Below, piece by piece: positions 37,685 to 50,200 of a stretch of 58,718 nt of DNA (the first letter of the stretch is position 1; the number at the start of each line of letters is the position of its first letter). Under the pieces are notes generated by a model. The model did no database searches and was not told the DNA's origin. It saw nothing but the letters and a program-made list of their open reading frames with translations. Made by a program: the position numbers and the translations under genes. This DNA is from Chiloscyllium plagiosum (Eukaryota): the NCBI RefSeq assembly GCF_004010195.1, contig NC_057718.1:105462493-105521210 (forward strand), given 5' to 3'.

Positions 37685-38254
37685 ACTTCAAGTTTAGTTG
37701 TAATATTCTGAATGAAGGAATTGGCTGCTGACATCGAGGGCTGCATCTTCAGTCATAAAGGCCTACAGCACAGGAAAAAGTCATTCAATTAGTCGAGTCT
37801 GCACCAGTCTAAAACAACTGCCTCACTATCCTATCTCACTTTCCAGCACTTGACCCATAGCCTTACACCTTCAATGTTGTGATCTAACTACAACCCAAAC
37901 CTATTTTCCCAGGTTGGGATACAGGATGGAAGGTTCCCTTTCGGGTGATGACTGCTCCAGAGGCAGAATCTACCACGCACAAAGAGAAGAATTTTGGCAG
38001 TTGTTCAGGGAAAAGTTCAGTAGCACCTGAAGCTGAGCAGTTAAACAGGGCAGAAAGGAATTTCAGCCCTCACTGAGGCCTAATGTGGTTGGCGTTAAAC
38101 AGTCAATATGAAAGAGAAAGAAAGATTGTCCCTTTCATAGCCTTAGGATGACTGAAGCACTTTATAGTCAATTAAGCACCTTTTTTGATAATTCAGTAAT
38201 ACAGCCACTGTGGGTCCAGCAAGCTCCCAGAAACAACATGATAATGACTGCAGC

Positions 38255-40430
38255 ATGTAACAAGGCTATGCTTCAGTTATACAGGAAGCTGATGAGACTA
38301 CTTCTGGAATACTACCTGCATTATTTAAGGAAGGAGGTAAATGCGTTGAAAGCAGTTCAGAGAAGGTTTACTGGAGTAATATCTGGAATGAATGGACTGT
38401 CTAATAAGGAAATGTGGGACAGGCTAAGCTTGTATCCACTGGAATTCAGAAATGTATGAGACAACTTGATTGAAACATCTGAGGGGTCTTAACAGGGAAG
38501 ATGTGGAAAGATGTTTCCTCTTACAGGAGAATCTAGAGCTAGGAATCACAGTTAAATAATCAGGATCGCCTGTTTTAAACAGAACTAAGGTGAACATTTC
38601 TTTCCTCTCAGAGGGCTGAGTATCTTTGGAATTATCTTTCTACAAAGGTGTTGGAAGCAGATTCAGTGAGTCATATAACTCTTTGGTCCAACTCATTTGC
38701 ATTGACCAGATATCCCAATCTGACTTGAGCCCATTTGCCAGCATTTGGCCCATATCCCTCTAAACTCTTGCTATTCATATGTCCTTCCAGATGCCTCTTA
38801 AGTATTGTATGTGTACCTGCCTCCACCACTTCCTCTGGCAGCTCAGTGTGTGTGAAAAACTTACCTAGCAAGTCCTTTTTAAATCTTTCCCGTCTCACCT
38901 TAAACCTATGGCCTCTAGTTTTGGACTCCCCCATCCTAGAAAAAAGACCTTGGCTATTCACCCTGATTTAATAACATCCTTCTTATGGAAGGGCGACCAG
39001 AACTGTACAAAGTTCCAATCCACCTTGGCCAGGTCCTGCCTTTTTATACTAAAATTGGCCTTTCCCCAATTCAGAATTTTTATTTTTGGTCCATCTTTGT
39101 CCTTTTTCATGATTCTATATCTTGCTGAGTTATGGGTACTATCATCAAACTGCTCCAATCACTTTGTTCCCTAAAATGAATTGAGCATCACTCCTTCCCT
39201 TGTACGACTTGCTACACATTGGCTTAAAGCTTCTCTTGGATACATTTTAAGCCTTTCATACTTTGTCCATCCCAGACTTTATTCAGGAGGTTTAAATCCT
39301 CTCCTAATATTTTTACACTTGTCTGAGATTTGTCCACACCTTTCCTCCTATGTCTCCCTGACAGTTTGGGGCGTCTAAGGTGCATACCCATCAATGTGAT
39401 TGTTCCCTTTTTGTGTTAGGTACTACCCACATGGCTCAGTTAAGGAACCTTCTAAGATAATGCAGATTGAGTTTAATCCGGACAAAGATGAGGTGATGCA
39501 TTTTGGCAGGTCAAGTACAGGTGGAAATTATACAGTGAACGGCAGAATCCTTAGGAGTATTGATATGTAGAGGGATCTGGGTGTGCAGCTGAAGGTGGCA
39601 TCACAGGTAGATAAGGTCGTAAAAAAAGGCTGATGCATGTTTGCCTTCAATTGGAAGTGGCACTGTATAAGGATATGCATGTTATGCTGCAGCTTTATAG
39701 AACTTTAGTTCAGCCATACTTGGAATATTGCATACAGCTCTGGTCACCACACTATCAGAAGGATATGAGGAGAAAGTGAGGACTGCAGATGCTGGAGATC
39801 AGAGCTGAAAATGTGTTGCTGGAAAAGCGCAGCAGGTCAGGCAGCATCCAGGGAACNNNNNNNNNNNNNNNNNNNNNGTTCCCTGGATGCTGCCTGACCT
39901 GCTGCGCTTTTCCAGCAACACATTTTCAGCTCAGTATCAGAAGGATATGGAAGCTTTGGAGAGGGTACAAAAAAGGTTTGCCAGGATGTTGCTTGGTATG
40001 GAAGATTTTAGCTATGGAGAAAGATTTGTTTTACCGGAATGCAGGAAGTTGAGGAGTGATCTAACAGAAGTTTATAAGATCTTGAATGGCATGGATAGAG
40101 TGGAAAGTATGAGGCCTTTTTCCCAGGGTGGAAGGGTCAATTACTAGCGAACACTGGTTCAAGGTGCGATGGAGGATGTTTAAAAGAGATGAGGCAAGTT
40201 TTTCCACATAAAGGGCAGTGAGAGCCTGGAATGTGTTGCTGGTGGTGGGGGTGGAAGCAGACACAATAGCAACATTCAAGAAGCACCTGGACAAATACAT
40301 GAGTAGGAAGGGAACAGAGGGATACGGGTCCTGTAAGTGAAGACAGTTTTAGCCTGGAAGGGCAAAATGTGTCAGCGCTGGCTTGGAGAGCAGAAGGGCC
40401 TGTTCCTGTTCTGTAATGTTCTTTGATGCC
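38255..40430. mobile_element. Nest of CR1 fragments in both orientations with a palindromic insertion at 39768-39934
   Basis: ORFs 38148..38459 (+), 38671..38961 (-), 38958..39158 (-) and 39887..40147 (+) carry CR1 RT/EN motifs. Confidence 0.85.
39768..39934. repeat. Young inverted-repeat element with a 21-N gap at its centre and a 15-bp target-site duplication
   Basis: Perfectly complementary arms of about 55 bp; TATCAGAAGGATATG at 39753-39767 and 39935-39949. The same terminus appears at 57545-57592. Confidence 0.85.
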
Positions 40431-42799
40431 CCTTCTACTGCATTAATTGACTCTGACATTATTGCGACACTACTTCCTCTTTTATACACAGCAACACCTC
40501 CCTCATCTCCCTGGAATACTGAGCTACCACTCCTGCCCACACTCAAACATATCTCTGAAAGCATTAATATCATATCCTTATGTTAGTCAACACTGTTAAA
40601 TCATCTGCCTTACTCATAACACTCCTTGCATTAAAATAAATGCAATTCAACCTTTCCATACTCCTTTGTACTTTAACCGTATAAAAGCTCTGCCATCCAG
40701 ACTGACTGGATTTTTTTTCTATGCTTGTTGTGTACCACCACCATATTGTACTTCCTCCTTGCCTCTTACATCATCCCTCTGCCAAAGTAGTTTAAACCAC
40801 CACTAACCTCAAATGAACCCTAGCCTCTGCTTATTTTTTCCACACAATATTGCTGCCATAGTAAAAACAGCGCTTGGTGTTGGTATACCAATTAATTCAA
40901 TTACTTACATTAACCTGCAGGATATTTAGTGATAGTGGAAAATATATTGACGTATTTACACTTAGAAATGTATATTTTATTAAAATTAACTTTAAGAACA
41001 TTAGAGAAGTGGATAGATTGAGAGATTATCACACCCCACAGGGTAAAGACCTGATGACAATTAATTACTCTCATCATACCAAAACTATGATGGTGCAGTA
41101 AACAAATTAGTAATAAGAACATAAGAACTAGGAGCAGAAAAGACTTTTCAGCCCCCCAAGCCTGCTCTGCCATATAGTACAATCATAGCTGATCTCATCC
41201 TGGCCTCACCTTCACTTTCCCGTCTGCCACCCATAATTCTTCAACCTATTACTGATTAAAATCCTAAATAAAAAAATAAAATGCAAGAAAATATGAAGTA
41301 GAAAACAAAAAGTGCTTCCTTCCTGATACTTCACCTTCTTTATTAATTAGTCTCATTTTTCTGTCTTTAATGCAACCATTAAACCCTCTCTGCATCTGTC
41401 CAGATTGAGCAAACAGGATATTCCAAATACTGAAAACAGAACACTGTCTGAGTCATGTTTGAGCACAGCCAATACGTACAGGTTCCTTTTCAAGAGTTGT
41501 ATTTTACTAGACTTTTCATGTTGCTTTTCTTCCTGGTTTCTTGACATTCCTGTCTATAAGGCTCTGTGCTAGTTTGTCTCCAGCAAGCCACCCAACTGAG
41601 GTAAATCTCAGCTTTTTGAATATTTCTAATTTAATTTGGACAAGCTGCTGAACTTGAATATTTGCTTTCATAGGCATCAATATATTCAGCATTTCTGAAA
41701 GGAATAGTAAGTAAATACTTGCTCTGAACATGTTGACAACGTTGAAGCAATTTCACTTGTTTTATTGAACATCTTTCAAGAACCATCTTAATTTTTAACA
41801 TAATAGTTGTAAGATCTTTGTGTAAACTTACTCAAAGTATTTTGATGTGATTACTCCAGCGCATTCAAGTCATGGGGTTATAATACATTGAAAGCAGACA
41901 CACTTTCCATGTACTCCATCCAATCTCATAAATGTAATACATTTCCTAAAATGCTCGAATACAGAACACGTACAGTGCAGCCTGTTGGAGATTCTCAGTA
42001 TTAGGTCTTCAAGCTAGTATTGTTTCACTGACATGTGTGTTGAGTTTGATTGCAATGGTTGAAACTCCAGAGCTTATCTTCAAAACTGGGAAGGATTTCA
42101 ATCTGTCCCCAGCACAGAGAGTGTCACCTGCTGCCACCACTGCATATGTCAGTTTTAGCAGCTGTCATCTGGCTGGGAGACATGATGTAACAGGTCTCCA
42201 GTTAGCATCATGTGACTTAAAATTTGGAATTTCCCCCAAGTGTACAAGGAATGGAGGAATAATAAGAGGTTTGCAGACAGGTAAGTAGTTAAAATCGCTC
42301 CTAGCCTGCAACAATACTCTTGTTTTCAACTCAATGTTTTACTTATATGCTGATAATGTTTTCTTCAAATACATTCCCTTTCCCCTCTTTAAAATAACTT
42401 ATGTTCAGTCACTGATCCACAAAAAAAGTCTTTCAATACCGTCACATCATGCCTTTAACCTGTAACCTGAGCTAATCACAGAAACAATCAAGTAAGAAAT
42501 CAGTGAAAAATGGAACAAAGTCATCTTTTCCCTATCCCAAACTCATTATCCTTAAACCTACCACTGACCCATACCTCATCCTATCCCACCACAAGCTAAC
42601 TGCCTGTCACCTTGTCTATGCCTAGTACACATAGATACTGGTGTGGAAGTGCCACTTGACAAGCTGCCATACCCTCTGGGTTACTGCCAATATCTCCATC
42701 ACTGCCAACAGGAAATTGGCAGTGGGCCTTGTGGCAGCAGTGGCAATCTCCTCTAGTCAATACATGGAGGAAGAGAGTCTGGTAGTGGCCAAAAATAAC

Positions 42800-43042
42800 C
42801 ATAGTTCAATACAGCACTCAGTCAGAAGGTTGTGGAATAAATTCCTACTCTAGAAACTTGCATACATCATTCAGACTGATGCTTCAGTGCAGTACTGAGG
42901 GAGCGATGGTCTGTCAGAGGTACACTGTTTCATATGAGACATTAAACGGAGTCGTCGCCTGTTCTTGCAAATGTAAAATGTCTTTTGGCATTATTCTGAA
43001 GAGGACTAATGGAAGTCACCTCGATGTCTTGAATAATATTTG
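42800..43042 (+). mobile_element. DeuSINE (SacSINE1/AmnSINE1-related) copy
   Basis: tcagaaggttgtgg...cagtgcagtactgagggag...ctgtcagagg...tgagacattaaac...gtaaaa...ggcattatt.tgaaga follows the Deu-domain pattern. Confidence 0.7.
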
Positions 43043-43054
43043 CTAAATGCATTA

Positions 43055-44100
43055 TATATGAATTAGGAGCAGTGTAGTCAATTCAGTCCCTCAAGCCTGC
43101 TCCACTATTCAATAAGATGATGGCTGATCTGACTGTAATGTCAAATCCATATTCCTGCCTTTCACCCACGTAATTAACAAGAATCTACCTACCTTTGCCT
43201 TAAAAATGTTCAAGGACTGGGAAATGTTGCTGAACAAAGAGACCTAGAGGCCCAAGTGCATAGTTCCTTGGAAGCAGAGTTGCAGGTATACAGGGGGGTG
43301 AAGGTGGTGTTTGGCACACGTACTTCATTGGTCAGAGCACTGAGTATAGGAGTGGGACATCATGTCTTGGCTGTAAAGGACATTGGTGAGGCCACTTTTA
43401 GAAAACTGGAATGCCCTGCCAGTAACAGTGGTGGAATGCCCTGCCAGTAACAGTGGTGGACTCTCCCTCTTTATGGGCATTTAAGAGGGCATTGGATAGG
43501 TATATGGAGGATAGTGGGTTAGTGTAGTTTAGGTGAGCTTGGATCGGCGCAACATCGAGGGCCCAAGGGCCTGTACTGCGCTGTATTCTTCTATGTTCTA
43601 TGTTCTATGTTCTAATTCTGGTCACACATCTATAGGAAGGATATTCTTAGACTTGAGAGAGGGTGCAGAAAAGATTTACAAGGACGTTGCTGGACTGGAG
43701 GGATTGAGTTAAGGAGAGGCTAGGTAGGCTGGGACTTCTTTGTCCCCTGGAGCATAGGAGGATTAACAAGGAAAGGGAGTACACATTGAATGGCAGAGCT
43801 CTAGGAATCACAGAGGATCAATGAGACCTTGGTGTGCATTTCGACAGATCCCTGAAAGCAATAGGACATGTAGATGAGCAATTCATCCCATCGTGGCCAT
43901 GCCAGTCATCAAGATCAGAGTTACCCGAATCGCATTTTCCAGCAATTGGCCTGCAGCCTTGTATCCAATGGCATTTGAAGTGTTCAATTAAATAATTCTT
44001 AAATATTGTGAGGGCTCCTCTCCCTCCAGCCCTTTCAGGTAGAGAGGTCTAGATATCCATCACCTTCTGGATGAAAACATTTTCCTCAAATCCCCTCTAA
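43055..44100. mobile_element. Nested CR1 fragments, including a young 3' end at 43405-43613 with a (TTCTATG)n tail
   Basis: EQRDL..QVHSSLE motif interrupted by a second CR1 3' end; tail ttctatgttctatgttctatg. Confidence 0.8.
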
Positions 44101-44404
44101 GAATGAACACAGCTATAGAAATGAACACTATATGTTCGCTTTCCTTTTCATATAATTTTGAAACTAAAATGATTATTTCTTTTTCCTTCCGATTTTTATG
44201 TTTCTCATATATCCTGAATGCAGTGATTTAAACAGGGGTTCAGACCCACAAGCTCTTCGTTTTTCTGATACTTGAGACAAATCATTGTTCATATGCTAGT
44301 TTTGTTAGTAACCATGAAGGAGTTATTTTGTAAAGGGGATAGGGGAGAAGATCACAGCCAGAATAACCCAGTTCTTATCTGCCATGCACACTTCCACAAA
44401 AAAA

Positions 44405-44636
44405 AGCTAAAAATCACAGAATACCAGGTTATAATCCAACAGGTTTATTTGGAATTTCAAGCTTTTGGAGTGTTGCTCTTTTGTCAGGTAGCGAGTGGAA
44501 TGGGATCACAACCACCTGATGAAGGAGCAGTGCTTTGAAAGCTAGTACTTCATAAATAAACCTGTTGGACTTTAACCTGGTGTTGCGTGATTTTTAACTT
44601 TGTCCACCCCAGTCCAACACTGACATCCCCACATCA
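44405..44636. repeat. Two-armed palindromic Penelope-like repeat with a hammerhead-like core in the right arm
   Basis: Left arm aaaaatcac..accaggttata.tccaacaggtttattt is inverted relative to right arm aaataaacctgttggacttt.aacctggt..gtgattttt. CTGATGA at 44516-44522, GAAA at 44537-44540. Confidence 0.8.
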
Positions 44637-46206
44637 CAAAAAAAACAACAGAAACCTGATGTAACTGCTAACTTGTTAGCCAAAGAATGCTGAGCCCAAT
44701 TATATCAACCTCACTGTTACCCAGATTGAGGTCAGTAAATACTGCCCAGATAGGAATCAAACTTAAGATCTTTCTGGCCCATGTGACCCACTGTCAAAAC
44801 ACACAGTTCATTTGTACATATCGATATTGATTAGTGGAACAGAATATTTTTTAAAAGATGAAGTGGTGCACAGAGAGGGATGTGGGAGTTCTATGTGAAT
44901 CACAGTGAGCGTGTCGGTAATACAGCCAAAGGGTAATTGTACATTGCTCTTTATCATAAAGGGTTAGAGTAAGGAGGTCATGTTGAAATTGTAAAAGGCT
45001 TTAGTGAGATGATACCTGGAGAGTAAACTATCAGTCACTCTAGCTGAGGAAATATCTACATATCTTAGAGTGGGTGTCATGAAGATTCACCAGATTGCTT
45101 CCTGGGAAAACAGGGTTGTCATGTGTGGAGAGGTTGTGTTCAAGGAACCATATTCTTAAGAATTCAGCAGCAGAATAAGCATTGACCAATGAAATTATTC
45201 AAATTCTGAGAGGGTTTACTAGGGTAAATGCTGCCAGGAGGTAAGGATATGTGGGAGGCTGGTCTTTATTCCCTGCCAAATGTTTATTTACAAAGGCATA
45301 CATTAATATTATGCACGTCCAATCCTAACCTGAGTTACATCCTGTTCCTAGATACATTTTAAAAAACCATGCTCAGACATACCTCAATGGCAGGAACCTA
45401 GACCTTCTGGCCCAGAGGAAGGGACATTACCACTATGCCACAACAGCCTCGCCTATATATTGGAGTACAAGTGAGTTCTCAATTAATATCCAATGCACAA
45501 AATCATTTAACACTAAAACTCACATACAAACTATCAAGGGAGGGAGAGCAGTGTTTGTAGCAGTGTCCCTATCTGTGAGCTAGGAGACTTAGGGTAAAGT
45601 CCCACTTGCTCCAGAGGTGTGTAATAATATGCCCGTACAAGCTGATTAATAATATCTATACACACTAACAACAGGGATCAAAGGGAGCTCTCTTTAGCAC
45701 CCTCTGTGCCAAAGCCCAGGCTCAAATCCAAGCTGCTATAGGGCTTTGCTATAACGTGTCCAAACATGTTGATCACTAAAACAAATAAAAAATCTAGAAT
45801 CTAGAGAAGTCTGGAAAATCATAACCAATGCATCCACTATCTTGCAGTGACCTCTTTTAAAATTCTAGAATGTGAGCTACCAAGTCCAGGGAAACTGACA
45901 GTTTTTAGTTCCATCGATTTCTCTAGTATTTTCTTGACAATACTGTAAGCCCACGTGGATGGAGATCAATTAACCAAACTAACTTATTTAAGTCACTGGA
46001 AATTAAGTTGTGATTGAAAAAATCAAAAAAATAACAGTATGACTATTATAACCACTCAGATTGTAACAGTACTTCAGAGGAATTAGCAGACAAAAACACC
46101 TTCATAATGAGGGAAGGGAATGAAGTAATGTACAGGCAAACATGTAAATTGCCAGCCACTGGGAATGCTTGAAGCTTCGACACTTGGTATACCTGTGCTA
46201 CACTAA

Positions 46207-46503
46207 AATCACAGAATCCCTACAGTGTGGAAATAGGCCATTTGACCCATTGAGTCCACACCAACTCTCCAAAGAGCATCCCATTCAGACCTATCCCCTA
46301 ACCCTATCCCTGTAACTCTGCATATCCCATGGCTAATCCACCTAACCTGCACATCTTTGGACTGTGGAAGGAAACCAGAGCACCCGCAGGAAAGCCACGC
46401 AAACACAAGGAGAATGTGCAAACTCCACATAGACAGTTGCCCGAGGCTGGAATTGTACCCGGGTCCCTGGCGCTGTGAGTGCTAACCACTGAGCCACTGT
46501 CTC
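46207..46503 (-). mobile_element. HE1-like V-SINE
   Basis: Same tRNA head and V-domain as 6474-6762. Confidence 0.85.
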
Positions 46504-46562
46504 ACCCATAACTAAGCTGCACATAATCAAAGGTCTGTGGTTATTATGCTCTAATTTACATG

Positions 46563-47120
46563 TCATCATAATCATCATCATCAGTGGTCCCTCGCACACA
46601 AGGTTGACTCTTTTCCACTCTCAGGGTGAATCTGTATATGGCTGTATAATCCGATGTGATTTCTGCAGGCTCTGTTAATACTTGGGGCAGGTGGGGGTCA
46701 TGGAAAGGGGTGGGTGGGGTGTTGTTGTAGCAGTGCGCACATTTCACTATTTTCGCCTGGCTTTCACCTTTTCACGACATGGTCTCAATGCCTTCCCGGA
46801 TGGTCCTCCTCCACTTTGGATGCTCTCAGGCCAGTGATCCCCAGGTGTCAGGGGAATGCTGTACCTCCCCAGTGGGGCCTTGTGGGTATCCCTGAAGTGT
46901 TTCCTCTGTCCACCTGGGGATTGCCTGCCATTTTGGAACTGGAAGGAGAGCACCTGCTTGAGAGTCTCGTATTGGCCATGTGGACGATGTGCCCAGCACA
47001 TCGCAGCCAATCAAGGATGGTCAGTGCCTTGATGCTGGGGATGTTGGCTTAGTCGAGGATGCTGGTATTACTGCTTCTTTCTTCCCAGTGGATTTGCAGG
47101 ATCTTGCACAGGCAGCATTG
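46563..47120 (-). mobile_element. RTE-clade LINE 3' fragment
   Basis: Frameshifted CWAH...LKQVL...QNGRQSPGGQRKHFRDTHKA..L...SIP.DTWGSLA, an RTE C-terminal pattern; (GAT)n tail. Confidence 0.75.
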
Positions 47121-47124
47121 ATAA

Positions 47125-47208
47125 AGTGTGGAGCTGGTAAAACATAGCAGGTCAGACAGCATCAGAGGAGAAGACAAGTTGACATTTCGGGTCAGGACCC
47201 TTCATTGA
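47125..47208 (-). repeat. Penelope-like terminal fragment with a partial hammerhead-like core
   Basis: Minus strand ATGA-A-GGGTC-CT-GACCC-GAAA-TGTC. Confidence 0.55.
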
Positions 47209-50200
47209 TCCAGTGCCTTGAGATGTTAGTTGTACAACTATTCTAGCAAACATGACACTGAAGAGCTTTAGTTTAACCAGGCCAATTCACTTGTATTCCA
47301 ACTACTCTGTAAAATCTACCCATATACTGAATCACAGCTTTCGATGCAGAAAATTTCCATTATTTGATTAAGTTCAGGGACGTTTTTAAGTTTAAACATA
47401 GCTTTTGAGCATTTTACTAGTTAAATGAAAAATAAAACAGGGCTGACTCATGTAGAGCATGGACAAAACACTTAGTAATGTTCTACAACATACCTTGAAT
47501 AATACAATAATAAAAATTCCAACTTTCAATGTGAACAGATTGAGGATGCAACACACTTTTTGTAAGAAATTCACATCATGATCTTATTACTTTACAATGG
47601 CCTCTCCTTTGAAAGCCTGTTACAATCATAGACAAATGAATAAATTTACCTGCTAGAAATTGGATATCTAATAGTGGGGACAGCTTTAAGCTTGATTGCA
47701 ATGATCCCTAATTATAGGAAAACCAGCCAACATTCACCACCCAAACTCTCAGAGGGGAGATGCAGGCTAGTTACCAAAGTTGCCACCAGAAACATGCCAC
47801 TAGACAAGTCAACGCCTTCAGTACTCAAGGGTAGAATGGTTAAAAGACAGAGTACCCAAAGAACATGAAAAGAGTGTAATTACAACTGAATGCTCAGCAT
47901 AAACTTCACCTGTTGTGTGACAGGTATGAGCTCACAGGCAAGAAAAGACCAGCTGATCCATCAAGCCTGGCCCACACAATGATGGCTAGGCCATCGTGAA
48001 TAAACATATCTCTATCTCCATCATTCCTTCCTTGCCACCCACCCCTGCAGACAGTAACCATACCTTAATGCTTTAATTTGAAAAGAGTAATATGCATAAA
48101 CTTTGTATTTTGCTACTTAGGCAACTGGATAGGAATAGCTGGTGTAATCCATGCAATTTGTTGTTCTATAATGTGAATTGAAGGCTCACCATTATATGAC
48201 AATGGACTATGAAAAAACTTAACATTTATCAAAAATTACTTCCTTTTGGCATACTTCCCAGGAATTTAAAAACATCAATTAAAATTTAAAAAGAGAAAGC
48301 TTAACATAAATAAGCAGATACAAACTTGATAAAAATTCCAAAATAAAATTCCCTCAAAGTAAAATGGAAATGAATTTACACATATGTATCCAAATGATAA
48401 TTTTTAAGTTGATTTTTAATTGACGAAAAAAAAACATTGTTGACAATATCATAGAATCAAAGTAAATGGTTGACTTTACTATTTTATACTAACTAAAAGT
48501 ACAAAAAACTGGATGCTGTATTTTAGAATTTGTTGTTTCAACGAATTAGGCTGTAAATTTCTGAAAATTAACATTTTGTTGTGAATGATGCACTGGGGAT
48601 TGCAATCTGGTCTTATCTTCAGTCCCAGTCAACTAGCGTTCCAGAAAGTGTGTGCAGCATCATCAGAGCGTCCATTTGATAGGATTCTACTGCTGGACCT
48701 AATCAATCTCTGGAATACTGTGGCTGCACCGTGCAACAAAGCTAAAATAGATTTACAAATGGGGTTTTAGGGGGATAAGCTCCTTCACAGGATTACATAT
48801 TGATTTTAAATATAAAAAAGCTTATCATATAAACCGTAACTACAAAAATAGTGAACCTATGCATAAATCCTTTTAGAAGAGCTTGCACTTCAAACTACAA
48901 ACTGAGAATGAATAAAGCAGTGCAAAATCCAGAGTAAGATCCATTTCGTGAGTTAACAATAAAAAACAGAATGTTTTAGAGACTATCCTTAGGCCATGTA
49001 TAAACAAAATGTGAGCAGTACTCAAGACCAATGATAGGTATTTACTGATGTCCAAAACTGCAAAAACATACATTTGATATTGCTGTAATATAATTATGTA
49101 GATAATATTACATTTTCAACAGAGACAGTTTTCAAATATCCTCCATATACCATGTTCATTTTTTGTGTTAAAATGTTGTCAGTAGATTGCTTTATATCAG
49201 AATACCACATTTAATTTTGATTTCAATCCAGACATAAAACATCATGATCTGATACTAGACGCACAATTAAATGAATGCTGCCAGCAAAAATTAGTTGACA
49301 TTTTAAAAATCTACAAGCTTTCATATAGGGACTTTATACAAATACTTTAGTTTATAACGTGGATTCCCTTAATGTACATGGAGCATTTTAATTAGAATTC
49401 CTGTGACTTTATTTGCCTTCAATAACCACATTATGGTCTGTACTGCCTCTAAGACAAAGTGGGAGAAACCAACATTTAAATGTTGGAAGATATTTGTAAT
49501 AATCTGACTGACAGTAGATGGAGCAGGTCAGATCTGGATAGTCTTTTAACGACTATTTTATGCTATATACAAAGGACAGGAAAATATTTCTGGGTGAGTT
49601 TAAGTTTATTTTTTAAACAAACGTATGAATTTAACTTGATTATAAAATGAGAAACACTGAAAATAAAGCTTGACTGAGTAAATCTCTTAGAAACAGGTAC
49701 AATCTTTCATATATTGTGTGAAATCTATCCAGCTCCAGTTTAAGCGATTTATATAATTACAAAAAGGGCACGAACTTGAATTCAACAATATATTGCACTC
49801 TCTTTCAGAACTAATATGATACAAATGGAAATTTCAGTCAAAAGCCTTCACAGTAGGATGAGACCATACTCCAAATTAAGTGCATCCTATGCGGTAATGC
49901 CAATTGCAATTGAATCCATTGCAATGAAAGTGATTGGGTATCACATTTAACCTTATTCTATCTACACGTCCCAATATTTGATAGGCCTATTGATCTCATC
50001 ACAGTGTGCAAGCTGAATGGCAATGTATATTTCAGCATTGGCTGTTCAAATTTCCAACACAGTTTCTTGTTTGCTACAGCACATATAGAATACTGACCAT
50101 TCAGAGATTATAAAGCATCCACATAACTTTTGAAAAGTGGTCAAGGAGAAACATTCCACACATAACCAACACGATGGTCCGTGATCCCCACCAACAAGTG

